Virus record (IMG/VR): IMGVR_UViG_3300028805_000071
Source of the DNA: an uncultured virus (IMG/VR IMGVR_UViG_3300028805_000071)
Lineage: Duplodnaviria; Heunggongvirae; Uroviricota; Caudoviricetes
Reading direction: 5' to 3' (one strand)
DNA: 64,000 nucleotides
Notes under the pieces: model-generated
What the model was told of the DNA's origin: nothing
What the model saw: the letters and a program-made list of their open reading frames with translations, nothing else
Databases searched by the model: none
In this document: one piece after another, positions 31,542-41,197 of the stretch
How the letters are laid out: each line of letters opens with the position of its first letter
Position numbering within the stretch: the stretch's first letter is position 1
Made by a program: the position numbers and the translations under genes

Positions 31542-32094
31542 AATAGTAGCAATCCTTGGCCCATCTGGGTCGGGTAAAGATACTTTATTAAATAGAATTA
31601 TCGAACTGCAGCCAGAGTGGAACAAAATTATTTTTTCAACCACTCGGCCTCGCAGAGATAATGAAACAGATGAAGCTTATCATTTTTTAACTCTGCAAGA
31701 TTTTTATCATTTAGTAGAAGATAAAAAATTATTAACTGCTAATTTTTTTAACGATTGGTTTTATGGTATTTCTAAAAATGATTTATCAGAAGATAAAATT
31801 AATGTTGGAGTATTTAGTCCAGGTGGATATAACCAATTATTAAAAATTGATAACGTACAGGTTATAGGATATTTATTAAATGTGCAAGGTGATAATCAAA
31901 GACTGGCGCGTCAGCTCTTGCGTGAAACAAACCCTGATATTGAAGAAATATTTAGACGTTATCATACTGATAAAGCAGATTTTGCACAATTAGATACAAA
32001 TGAATTAATTATTTTAGATAATACACTAATTACAGACATTGATAAAAATGCCCAAAAAATAATAGGGCAAATTAAGATAGACCATTTTAATTAA
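31534..32094 (+). CDS. gmk: guanylate kinase-like protein
   Basis: GPSGSGKDT, STTRPRR..E...YHF, WFYG. Confidence 0.85.
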   Translation: MYKIVAILGPSGSGKDTLLNRIIELQPEWNKIIFSTTRPRRDNETDEAYHFLTLQDFYHLVEDKKLLTANFFNDWFYGISKNDLSEDKINVGVFSPGGYNQLLKIDNVQVIGYLLNVQGDNQRLARQLLRETNPDIEEIFRRYHTDKADFAQLDTNELIILDNTLITDIDKNAQKIIGQIKIDHFN

Positions 32095-32153
32095 AAATCA
32101 ATAATGTATGAAACCTTAGAAATGCTTTATATACTTAAGGAGGAGAAAACATT

Positions 32154-34379
32154 ATGAAACAAGTAATTAAGAGAGATGGTCGGCACACAGATTTTAATAG
32201 AGAGAAAATTGAACACGCCGTATTAAAGTGCTTTGAAGCCGTTGATGGTGAAATTAGTGATTTTGCAAAACAAAAAGCACATAATATAGCCGACCATATT
32301 GAAGGATTAGACCAAGAAGTTTTAGAGGTAGAAGAAATTCAAGACCTTGTAGAACATGGTTTAATGAGTAGTAAACGTAAAGATGTAGCTAGAGCTTATA
32401 TCACATATAGAGATGAGCGCACCCGCGCAAGAAACCGCAACGCTCAATTAATGAAAGTAGTAAAAGAAAAGCTCGATGCATCGAACGTTGTTAATCAAAA
32501 TGCGAACGTCGATGAAAAAAGTTTCGGTGGTCGTAGGGGTGAAGCCTCAAATGAAATTATGAAACAATATGCGATTGATAATTTATTATCTGATTTATCT
32601 CGCAATAATCATATAAACAATCGTATTTATATTCATGATTTAGATTCTTATGCTATTGGTATGCATAATTGTTTAACAGTTCCTTTTGATGATTTATTAG
32701 CAAAAGGATTTAATACAAGACAAACTGATGTGCGCCCAGCTAATTCAGTAAATACTGCATTCCAATTAGTAGCCGTATTATTCCAGTTACAATCTTTACA
32801 ACAGTTTGGTGGAGTAAGTGCAAGTCATTTAGATTGGACGATGGTTCCTTATGTAAGAAAATCATTCGCTAAACATTATATTGATGGATGGTGTTTTATC
32901 AATGATAAACCCATCGATGAAATTGATTATGAAATAGAGCATATGTTACATAACTGCACTGAATACGGAATTACCGACCCAGAGTGGAAGGCATATGATG
33001 GCAGAGTTTATAAATATGCATTAGCAATGACTGAAAAAGAAACTCAGCAAGCGGTTGAAGGCATGTATCACAACTTAAATACACTGCAAAGCCGGTCAGG
33101 AAATCAATTACCATTTACTTCAATTAATTATGGTACTTGCACATTACCAGAAGGGCGCATGGTTATTAAGGCACTTTTGGAAGGCTCAATTAAAGGTGTC
33201 GGCAAACTTCATAAAACTCCAATTTTCCCTTGCGGAATTTTCCAATATATGAAAGGAGTTAATGACAAACCCGGCACACCGAATTATGACTTATTCCAAC
33301 TGGCTCTTGAATCAACCGCAAAGCGTTTATATCCAAACTATGCAAATGTAGATTGGAGTGGTAATGCTGGATATGATAGAAATGACCCTCGTACATATTT
33401 CAGTACAATGGGATGCCGCACGGCGAATGGCTTTGATATTAACGGCTTTGGCCAGCTTAAAGATGGTCGTGGAAATATTTGTCCAGTAACAATTATACTT
33501 CCAACTCTTGCAATGGAGGCGAAGGAATCAGTTGAAGAAGGCGGAGATATTGTTGACGAATTCTTCAAGATTTTGGATAAGGCAATCTTTGATGCAAAGG
33601 ATATGCTTTTAGAAAGATTTGATTATATTTGTTCACAAGATGCCTCAAGTGCAAAGTTTATGTATGAGAATGGCACAATGGCTGGTTATATCCCAGAGCA
33701 AGGTATTAGAAGTGCTTTAAAGCATGGAACAATTGTAATTGGTCAGTTAGGATTAGCAGAAGCTCTTCAAATTCTTATTGGTTGCGACCATACAACCGAC
33801 CAAGGTATGGAAGTAGCAAAACACATCGAACAATTATTTAAAACAAGATGTGCAGAATTTAAAAATAAATATTGTCTTAATTTTGGAGTATATTATACCC
33901 CCGCTGAAAATCTTTGCTATACCGCTATGAAAAAATTCCAAAAGCAATATGGCAAGATTCCAAATGTAAGCGACAGAGAATATTTTACAAATTCAATGCA
34001 TGTTCCTGTATGGAAAGAAATTTCACCTTTCGATAAGATAGATATTGAAAGTCAGTTAACTGGATATTCTAGCGCTGGATGTATTACATATGTTGAATTA
34101 GAGGGCGCTATCTTAAAGAATATTCCTGCACTTGAACAAATTGTAACTTATGCTATGGATAAAGACATTCCATATTTTGCAGTAAATGTTCCAGCTGATA
34201 CATGTCTTGATTGCGGTTGGACAGGTGAGATAGGAAATGCTTGCCCAGAGTGTGGGTCAACACATATTCAAAGATTAAGAAGAGTAACCGGTTATTTAAC
34301 TGGTGATTATAAAACTGCATTTAATTATGGAAAACAAAAAGAAGTCGAAGATAGATTTAAACATAGTAAAAAACTTTAA
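32154..34379 (+). CDS. nrdD: anaerobic (class III) ribonucleoside-triphosphate reductase
   Basis: ATP cone VIKRDG, IYIHDLD, HNC, TMGCRT, TPAENLC, CxxC-CxxC, RRVTGYL glycyl-radical motif. Confidence 0.97.
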   Translation: MKQVIKRDGRHTDFNREKIEHAVLKCFEAVDGEISDFAKQKAHNIADHIEGLDQEVLEVEEIQDLVEHGLMSSKRKDVARAYITYRDERTRARNRNAQLMKVVKEKLDASNVVNQNANVDEKSFGGRRGEASNEIMKQYAIDNLLSDLSRNNHINNRIYIHDLDSYAIGMHNCLTVPFDDLLAKGFNTRQTDVRPANSVNTAFQLVAVLFQLQSLQQFGGVSASHLDWTMVPYVRKSFAKHYIDGWCFINDKPIDEIDYEIEHMLHNCTEYGITDPEWKAYDGRVYKYALAMTEKETQQAVEGMYHNLNTLQSRSGNQLPFTSINYGTCTLPEGRMVIKALLEGSIKGVGKLHKTPIFPCGIFQYMKGVNDKPGTPNYDLFQLALESTAKRLYPNYANVDWSGNAGYDRNDPRTYFSTMGCRTANGFDINGFGQLKDGRGNICPVTIILPTLAMEAKESVEEGGDIVDEFFKILDKAIFDAKDMLLERFDYICSQDASSAKFMYENGTMAGYIPEQGIRSALKHGTIVIGQLGLAEALQILIGCDHTTDQGMEVAKHIEQLFKTRCAEFKNKYCLNFGVYYTPAENLCYTAMKKFQKQYGKIPNVSDREYFTNSMHVPVWKEISPFDKIDIESQLTGYSSAGCITYVELEGAILKNIPALEQIVTYAMDKDIPYFAVNVPADTCLDCGWTGEIGNACPECGSTHIQRLRRVTGYLTGDYKTAFNYGKQKEVEDRFKHSKKL

Positions 34380-34926
34380 ACAAAGCGTTATTGCTGGGGT
34401 ACTGATTGGTTTTGGGGTTATCATTAACCTCTTAACCACCCCGCCCATTTTAGGTGCCACTTTATTTAGTTTTGGACTTTTAGCAATTATCCAATTACAA
34501 ATTCCGTTATATACTGGTAAGATTGGTTTTGCTATTAATAAAATATCTCAACCTTATATTTTGATTTTTATTGGTAATTGTTTAGGTATTTTATTAGTTG
34601 TTACTATGTATGCATGCGCTAATATTGAATTTTCAAATATATTAATTCAAATCGCAACAGTTAAATTTTCTAAATCTTTATTATCAATGTTATTATATGG
34701 GTGTTTATGCGGGTTTTTAATTCATATAGCCGTTAAATGTAAAATACCCATTATCACAGTTGGGGCAATTATAATTTTTATATTGATAGGAAGTGAACAC
34801 TGTATTGCAGATGCGCCATATTTATATGTAATACACTCCTGGGATGCACTATTAAAATGGTTATTAGTTGTTTTTGGTAATTCTATTGGAGCGATGTTTG
34901 CGGAAGGTATGTTAACAGATGAATAG
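34327..34926 (+). CDS. formate/nitrite transporter (FNT) family channel
   Basis: AGVLIGFG, LFSFGL, LYTG, GN..G, G.LCG.L, FILIGSEHCIAD, GNSIG; about six hydrophobic segments; start uncertain (34303 or 34327). Confidence 0.85.
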   Translation: MENKKKSKIDLNIVKNFKQSVIAGVLIGFGVIINLLTTPPILGATLFSFGLLAIIQLQIPLYTGKIGFAINKISQPYILIFIGNCLGILLVVTMYACANIEFSNILIQIATVKFSKSLLSMLLYGCLCGFLIHIAVKCKIPIITVGAIIIFILIGSEHCIADAPYLYVIHSWDALLKWLLVVFGNSIGAMFAEGMLTDE

Positions 34927-35422
34927 ATATAATACAATAATTTCAAACGATGTTACGAATGGAGAGGGAGTGTGTGTTTCTTTCTTTGTTCAAGGCTGTC
35001 CACACCATTGTGATGGCTGTTTTAATCCTGAAACGTGGGATTTCAATGCTGGTCATGAGTACACCCAAGAAACCAAATGGGAAATAATTAAATTAATTGG
35101 GGCTAATGGTGTTCAAAGAAACTTTTCTATTTTGGGCGGTGAACCATTAGCATCAGAAAATTTAGATATGGTTAAAGATATAGTAAGTGCAGTTCGAATA
35201 GCTTATCCCCATATTAATATATACTTATGGACTGGATATACGATGAATGAATTAAGACAGTTTGAAAATGAAAAGATTAATTCTATCTTATCCAAAATTA
35301 ATTTCTTAATTGACGGCGCTTTTGATAAAAATTTTAAAGACCTTAATTTAAAATTGCGCGGTAGCTCAAATCAATGCGTGTGGGAACGCACTGAAGAAGG
35401 TTGGAGAGTAAATCGCGAATAG
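34919..35422 (+). CDS. nrdG: anaerobic RNR activating radical-SAM enzyme
   Basis: NGEG..VS.FVQGCPHHCDGCFN, LGGEP, WTGY, IDG.F, RGSSNQ. Confidence 0.95.
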   Translation: MNRYNTIISNDVTNGEGVCVSFFVQGCPHHCDGCFNPETWDFNAGHEYTQETKWEIIKLIGANGVQRNFSILGGEPLASENLDMVKDIVSAVRIAYPHINIYLWTGYTMNELRQFENEKINSILSKINFLIDGAFDKNFKDLNLKLRGSSNQCVWERTEEGWRVNRE

Positions 35423-35499
35423 TGCCGTAGAATCGATTCTAAAGCATTTATTTTTTAAAAGTAATATAAATGTACGTTTTTAATAAAAAAACCTCTCAG

Positions 35500-35551
35500 A
35501 ACCCCATATATAAGGATAAAAATCCTAAATATATATGGGGTTTTCTTTTTT
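35500..35551 (+). terminator. intrinsic terminator
   Basis: AACCCCATATATA...TATATATGGGGTT hairpin plus T-run. Confidence 0.7.
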
Positions 35552-35623
35552 ATTTTCATCGTTTTTGCCTTTCAAAAATTATATTTATATAATATAATAT
35601 ACGACAGAAAGGAATTAAAATTA

Positions 35624-36115
35624 ATGGTAAGAGTAAAAGATATTAATATTCTAAATAGCCTACAAATTCACGAAGATAAAGAATTCGCACTGGTTGAAGA
35701 TGAGCAAAAAGTATACCAGTATATGGATGGCGAATGGCAAGAATATAAGTCTGACCAAAATTTAGGTGTTACATTATATGAGATTAATCAAATGGCGGTA
35801 CAACAGTTAGAAGCTCTTGATGATGAACAAATTACAACTGCCAAAACATATATTAGAGATTTAACATATAAATTTGATTCACAATATTTTATGCTATTAT
35901 GCCGAGATTTAAACTATTACACCATTTTTATTTTAGATAAAGATAGTGAACCTAAATTTGAGGACGAAGTTGTTGAGTGCCTTAAAGTATTAGGAGAAAT
36001 TAAATCGATAGAAATTTATGATGAACTTATAGAATGTTGGATTACTGACGCAGAAAATACTGCGCATGTGGCTTACTTATTTGACTATTCACAGGGGGTG
36101 ATTAAATGCCAGTAA
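35624..36115 (+). CDS. hypothetical protein (163 aa)
   Basis: AAAGGA SD; YFMLLC...NYYTIF and YLFDY patterns. Confidence 0.75.
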   Translation: MVRVKDINILNSLQIHEDKEFALVEDEQKVYQYMDGEWQEYKSDQNLGVTLYEINQMAVQQLEALDDEQITTAKTYIRDLTYKFDSQYFMLLCRDLNYYTIFILDKDSEPKFEDEVVECLKVLGEIKSIEIYDELIECWITDAENTAHVAYLFDYSQGVIKCQ

Positions 36116-36375
36116 TTTATAGCGAAATACAATTATTTGATGGAGACCAATCCGTATATAAAGTAGATGATAATGGAAGAATTCACCTGCTCGCAAAAGC
36201 ACCATTAGAGTCATTAGGGCATGTTATTACCGATGAATGTTATGCAAAAAATATTTATCGAGTAAAATTATTCAGTACTTTTGGAGATATGTGCCAAAAG
36301 GTGAAAGCTCAAATTGGAGAAATCGAGAATACAAAATTTAGTGGAAATAAAATTACGGTTGAGGTAAACGAATAA
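36106..36375 (+). CDS. hypothetical protein (89 aa)
   Basis: GGGGGTG SD, overlaps the upstream gene. Confidence 0.7.
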   Translation: MPVIYSEIQLFDGDQSVYKVDDNGRIHLLAKAPLESLGHVITDECYAKNIYRVKLFSTFGDMCQKVKAQIGEIENTKFSGNKITVEVNE

Positions 36376-36618
36376 ATGAAATATTTATTAAAAACTACAG
36401 AATATTATAGTGTAGATACAGTAGACGAAGTAGAAGCACTTCACGAAGAATTAACAAATGATAAATGGGCAGACTTGATTTCTTTCAGTTACAAAACTAA
36501 ATATCGTGGCCCAAAGGATGATAGAGAAGAATATCAGTTAGTAACAGCCACGAAGATGTTTACTGATGAAAAAATGCCTGACCGTAGAGTAAAAATTACT
36601 TATGAGGTAGATGCATAA
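36376..36618 (+). CDS. hypothetical protein (80 aa)
   Basis: GAGG SD, abuts both neighbours. Confidence 0.7.
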   Translation: MKYLLKTTEYYSVDTVDEVEALHEELTNDKWADLISFSYKTKYRGPKDDREEYQLVTATKMFTDEKMPDRRVKITYEVDA

Positions 36619-37163
36619 TGAAAGATTGTTGGTTTGAAAAAGTAAGTAGATTTAAAGATGATGAAGGCTTTAATCTTCCAGTCCGAAAAACATATTCAAG
36701 CGCTGGTTATGATATGGAGGTGGCCGAAGACATTGTTATCTATCCTTACGCAAGTTTAACGGATAAATTAGGCGACCCTGATTTAATGCCAGTAGCAATG
36801 ACATTATCAGATGTGAACGCATTCACAAAAAGATTTGGCGCACGCCCCACTTTAGTTTCTAGCGGAGTTAAATGTCATTTAGCTCCTGGTACTTATCTCG
36901 AATTAAGTGTGCGCAGTTCCACTCCATTAAAATATTGGTTGATTTTAGCCAACGGAGTAGGAATTATTGATAAAGATTATTATAATAATCCCGACAATGA
37001 AGGAGAAATTTTCTTCCAGTTAATTAATTTAAGTCCATACCCCATTCAATTAAAAAAGGGCGATATTATCGGCCAGGGTATTATAAAATCGTACCTGACT
37101 ACAGATGATGACCATCCAGTAGAGGGCGACAGAGTTGGTGGCTTTGGTTCCACCTCAAAATAA
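36618..37163 (+). CDS. dut: trimeric dUTPase
   Basis: SAGYD, RSS, GIIDKDY, IGQG, RVGGFGST motifs. Confidence 0.93.
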   Translation: MKDCWFEKVSRFKDDEGFNLPVRKTYSSAGYDMEVAEDIVIYPYASLTDKLGDPDLMPVAMTLSDVNAFTKRFGARPTLVSSGVKCHLAPGTYLELSVRSSTPLKYWLILANGVGIIDKDYYNNPDNEGEIFFQLINLSPYPIQLKKGDIIGQGIIKSYLTTDDDHPVEGDRVGGFGSTSK

Positions 37164-37166
37164 GTA

Positions 37167-37203
37167 AAAGGGCAACCTAGTATAATTAGGTTGCCCTTTT
37201 TTT
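37167..37203 (+). terminator. intrinsic terminator
   Basis: AAAGGGCAACCTA/TAGGTTGCCCTTT hairpin plus T-run. Confidence 0.8.
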
Positions 37204-37231
37204 CATATGCATAGGAGAGGAGGGACTAAAA

Positions 37232-37711
37232 ATGAAATTATTAGCACTAGACCAAGCGTCGAAAATTACTGGTTACGCAATCTTTGAAGATGACAAATTA
37301 GTAAAGCACGGCAAGATTGATTTACGCGATGAAGAAGTTGGACCTCGGCTCGTACAATTAAGAGAAGCGATTAAGTTTTTAATTCATGAAAACCAAATAG
37401 ATTATGTTGCTTTTGAAGATATACAAATGCAATCTTCAGTAGGCAATAATGTTAAAACTTTTAAAGTACTGGCAAATGTTTTTGGAGTAATTTTAGAATT
37501 ATGCGAAGAGTTACACGCAAAATATGAAATTGTTTCATCTAATACTTGAAAGTCAACTTTAAAAATTAAAGGAAGAGGAAGAGCAGAACAAAAGAGAAAT
37601 GCCCAAAATTTTGTTGCTGAAACTTATGGCGTCCATTGTACGCAAGATGAGGCCGACGCCATTTGCATTGGTAGCCATATTATAAAAAGTTTAGGACATT
37701 ATTGAGGGTAA
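37232..37711 (+). CDS. RuvC-like Holliday junction resolvase (159 aa; two in-frame TGA=Trp)
   Basis: LALDQAS..TGYA, AFED; past TGA 37547 continues (W)KSTLKIKGRGRAEQK...QDEADAICIG to TAA 37711. Confidence 0.88.
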
Positions 37712-37732
37712 CGTAAGGAAGGAGTAGGAGTA

Positions 37733-38479
37733 ATGAGGGGATTAACAAAAGCAGCAAATTTATTCATTAAAGAGGCCCAAATAAAAAATGTCGCTATACA
37801 AAATAATTTTTTAATGCTGGCAATTAATGGAATGCTTGCTGGTTTTTTTATTGGTTTAACTGGATTTATGTTCCAGGAAACTTTATTATTTACTGGTAGT
37901 ATAATGATAGCAGCAGCGGTATTACCGTTAGGATTTATTTTATGTGATACATTTAAATCTGATTTATTTTCAACACATTTTTTATATTCATTAGCATCAT
38001 ATAAAAAAGATTTAACGTGGAAACAATTTGCGCTATCGGCATTATGTGTTACTTTATTTAATATTTTTGGAATAATTATTTTTATTTTAATGATGTGGGG
38101 AGCTGGCCAAATTCCAAATATTAGCACTATAGCACTTGGTGAAATTACTATGAAAACAGATGCTAATTTTTTTCAAACTTTTATTAAAGGTATTATTGGA
38201 TGCGTAGCTTCTTGTATGGGAGTATTCACTGCTAAACGCACAGACTCTGCATTTGAAAAAGTAATGTCCATTTGGATTTCAATGTTCACACTCGGCGTTT
38301 GCGGATTTGAACATGCAACTTTAGATTTATATCATTTCTTGGTATGTCAAGATACGGCTATTATGAGGGCATATTTCCCTAACCTTGTGTTAACTTACTT
38401 TGGCAATTTAATTGGTGGGTTAATCTTTGCGGGAATTGTAACCGGCATGTATAGCTTAAAAAACAACGAAAAGAATTAG
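37733..38479 (+). CDS. second FNT-family channel
   Basis: GMLAGFFIG, LPLGFIL, DLFS, KGIIG, GFEHA, GNLIGG motifs. Confidence 0.82.
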   Translation: MRGLTKAANLFIKEAQIKNVAIQNNFLMLAINGMLAGFFIGLTGFMFQETLLFTGSIMIAAAVLPLGFILCDTFKSDLFSTHFLYSLASYKKDLTWKQFALSALCVTLFNIFGIIIFILMMWGAGQIPNISTIALGEITMKTDANFFQTFIKGIIGCVASCMGVFTAKRTDSAFEKVMSIWISMFTLGVCGFEHATLDLYHFLVCQDTAIMRAYFPNLVLTYFGNLIGGLIFAGIVTGMYSLKNNEKN

Positions 38480-38497
38480 GAAAGGTTGGGAAAAAAT

Positions 38498-38926
38498 ATG
38501 GAGGGTTTAAACGCCTATTGGTTAGAAATCCTTTTTGGACTAGTTAGTGCAGCCGTTATGTGAGTCATTCATAGATTATCCAAAGAGGTAAATCGTTATA
38601 AAGAATTATTAGAAAATAAAGAAAATGCAGATTTCATCGCTATTGTAGATGATAAGATGAAACCAGTATTAGAGAAAATAGATAAATTAAACGACCAAAT
38701 GATGGGTTGTAAAGCGAAATTTGACCATAATATGGAACAAAATATTAGATATTATGGGACAATTTTACAAAATGATTGTGAAAATTATATTAGCCGCGGT
38801 TATGTAACTCATAAAGAATTCAATGAACTTGCCGAATTACTTCATATTTATGAAGAACTTGGCGGGGATGGTAAAATTCATGACCTTTATCAAAAGGTTA
38901 TGATGTTACCAGCGGAAGAAGATTAA
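38498..38926 (+). CDS. membrane-anchored holin-like protein (142 aa; TGA 38561-38563=Trp)
   Basis: ATG 38498 is in frame with ORF 38657; N-terminal hydrophobic YWLEILFGLVSAAVM(W)VI; C-terminal YEELGGDG pattern seen in lysis-cassette proteins. Confidence 0.7.
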
Positions 38927-38960
38927 AAAAAAGGGAGAGCTTAATGCTCTCCCTTTTTTT
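38926..38960. terminator. bidirectional terminator at the convergence of the + and - gene blocks
   Basis: A7-GGGAGAGC-TTAAT-GCTCTCCC-T7. Confidence 0.85.
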
Positions 38961-38966
38961 ATTGTC

Positions 38967-39061
38967 TGGCACGCCCCGTAGGATTCGAACCCACACCCAC
39001 CGCTTTGGACACGGTTACCCTGGTTTTGAAGACCAGTGTGCTACCATTACACTAGGGACGC
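38967..39061 (-). tRNA. UGA-decoding tRNA (anticodon TCA), Trp-type body, with a 25-nt extra arm
   Basis: GCGTCCC-TA-GTGT AATGGTA GCAC-A-CTGGT CTTCAAA ACCAG-[GGTAACCGTGTCCAAAGCGGTGGGT]-GTGGG TTCGAAT CCTAC-GGGGCGT-G-CCA; 7/5 acceptor/T stems, G73. Confidence 0.92.
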
Positions 39062-39261
39062 AAGTCATACTCGCCAGTTTGTCGAATTATATATTGCCCA
39101 TTCATTTCAATTGTGTCATAGTAATATCTTTTATTTAATTCATCTACACTAACACAAACTTCTACGGGCTCTTTAAAACTAACACCAAATAAAAAACTTT
39201 CATATTCTTTAAATTGGCGCACATCTTTAACTGTTATATAAATTTTTACATTATCTGACAT
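39052..39261 (-). CDS. hypothetical protein (69 aa), probably co-transcribed with the UCA tRNA
   Basis: AAAGGA SD; its last 10 nt overlap the tRNA 5' end. Confidence 0.6.
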   Translation of the reverse strand: MSDNVKIYITVKDVRQFKEYESFLFGVSFKEPVEVCVSVDELNKRYYYDTIEMNGQYIIRQTGEYDLRP

Positions 39262-39325
39262 AGTTATTTCCTTTTGGGGGAGAGAAGAAATTCTCTCCCC
39301 CTTTTTTTATTTTCTGTAACACTAT

Positions 39326-39354
39326 ATTATATGGTTTTTTTCTGCTAAAGTCAA
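39326..39354 (-). promoter_or_regulatory. sigmaA-like promoter for ORF39261 and the UCA tRNA
   Basis: TTGACT-17 nt-TATAAT on the minus strand. Confidence 0.75.
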
Positions 39355-39360
39355 GTTTGC

Positions 39361-41172
39361 TTAAGCAATATTGTGCATATTATTTAAATAAATTGTATTA
39401 TTATAAAGTTTAGTCATATCAGCTGCTGATAAAGCAGTTGCATATACACGCACGTCAGCAATGGAGCCAATAAATTGACGACTAGTTGATGTAGGATTTT
39501 CTCAATTGGGATGGACTTCCAAACCTATACAGCCAATTGTTTTGGATATATTTGCAAGTGCGCCTGTGCAAGCCACACTTGTATCTAATGAACCGTTTAT
39601 ATATAATTTTACATTACTAGCATCTCAAGTAATAGCTATATGACTTCATTGATTTAATGGTATAGTGCCTGTACTATTGTGGTATCCAGCAGGCGATTTA
39701 CCATATGAATAAGCACTTAAATGCCCCGTACTATCAATAGTTAAATATTGACCACGATAAATTAAAATACAATCTCTATCAGTATTTCTTGCTTTTGGAT
39801 AAACCCATGCCGCTAATGTTAAATTAGTAGCACCTTCATAATCAGGCGGATTTAATATAGCGCAACTTTGCCCTGAAGTAAAATCTGCACAAACTGGATA
39901 AATATGCGTATCACCTGTTCATTGTAAATTATCAGATTTAATACCATGAATATCAAAGCCACTAATATCTTCAATTGCATTAGAATTTAATCCCATTAAC
40001 TTTCCAAGAGTATCAGTTGAATTTGGAATTCAACCAGTTGCTGTAGAACCTTTTTCTAATTTACAGTGTCGTAATTTATAAGTAAATGACGACCCAGCCT
40101 CTCCGGATACAGTAAAACAATAATCAATATACTGAGTATCCGCATCAGGTTTAAATGTTAAAGTAAATTTTTGCCATTTGTTTACTGCCGTAAAATTTTG
40201 AGGATTGGTTCCGCCTCTTCATATCCAAGGACTTGTTGCATTTCCATTATTATAAGATAATCCAATGCATAACGGTTTAGAGGTTTGTGTACTTTGTGCT
40301 TCACATGAAATCGTATAATATGAATTAGAGTCGAGTGCAATATCGCTTGCTTTTCTACAAAAAGCAATACCTATATTGCTGGCGCTATCCACAGTAATAG
40401 TATCTATGCCATTTGCAATATTATGGTTTGATGCAGCTCCATTATAAAATCCACATGGTCGATTTTCCCAACCGCCAGCATTATTACCAAACAACGTACC
40501 TATTTCTTCTTTATCAAATGCCGTTGCTTGAAATAAATTTTCTGAAGGAAAACCTTGCCGAGTTAATGGATAGTGTACCGCTAATCCAGTGGCGAGTGTT
40601 GCTACATCGTTTGCTGATAGACATTCATTGTAAATGCGCACATCATTGAATTTTACATTGCAATAATTTGCTTGATTGAATCTACTCCCCAATGTAAATG
40701 TTAACGCACCATAATTTGCCCCTTTTGCTGCGGTAGATGTTCCAATCAATGCACCGTTTATATAAACTTTGCCCTCAGATGGTGAATGTGTAACACAAAC
40801 ATGATATCATGTATTAGCTGCTCATGTATAATTAAAATATACATATGAGGATTTACTACATCCAATTTGAATTTGAGTATTTGTAATATACATTGGCTGA
40901 TATCCAACGTCGCCATTTGAAGAAATACGTCCATCAAAAACATGTTTTCCTCCCGGTAATGTTGGGAAATAAATCCATGCAGCAAAAGTGATGTTATCAG
41001 TTCCTTCATACGTGCCCGTTAAATAATCATTAGAGCCATCAAAACTATAACAACCGCCCATAGGACAGCCAACGCTATTATCATAAGTAGCCCCATTATT
41101 TGTAATAGTCACATCACTTAATCCTTTTTGTCTTAAATCCTTATTTAAAGGAAGTCAAACTTGTAAACTCAT
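39361..41172 (-). CDS. LamG-domain virion protein (603 aa; at least 9 TGA=Trp), paralogue of 4190-5965
   Basis: AAGGAGG SD; MSLQV*LPL start; fragments 40822-41112 and 40219-40749 share one frame; NT*YHVCVT, NQ*SHIAIT*D, IADVRVYATALS motifs. Confidence 0.88.
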
Positions 41173-41197
41173 ATAATTTTTTCCTCCTTTCAAGAAT

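Noticed and set aside
37699..38127. Antisense or out-of-frame ORFs from the track (e.g. 37699-38127, 25157-25576, 48357-48848, 38944-39138, 7646-7834, 45683-45937)
   Set aside because: They are shadows of well-supported genes or of the tRNA, or lack an SD and recognisable motifs.
38967..39061. tRNA-Sec (UCA anticodon plus long extra arm)
   Set aside because: Stems are 7/5 with a normal 4-bp D stem, not the bacterial Sec 8/5 fold with an extended D stem. No selA, selB or selD is in the window, and TGA aligns with Trp, not Cys.
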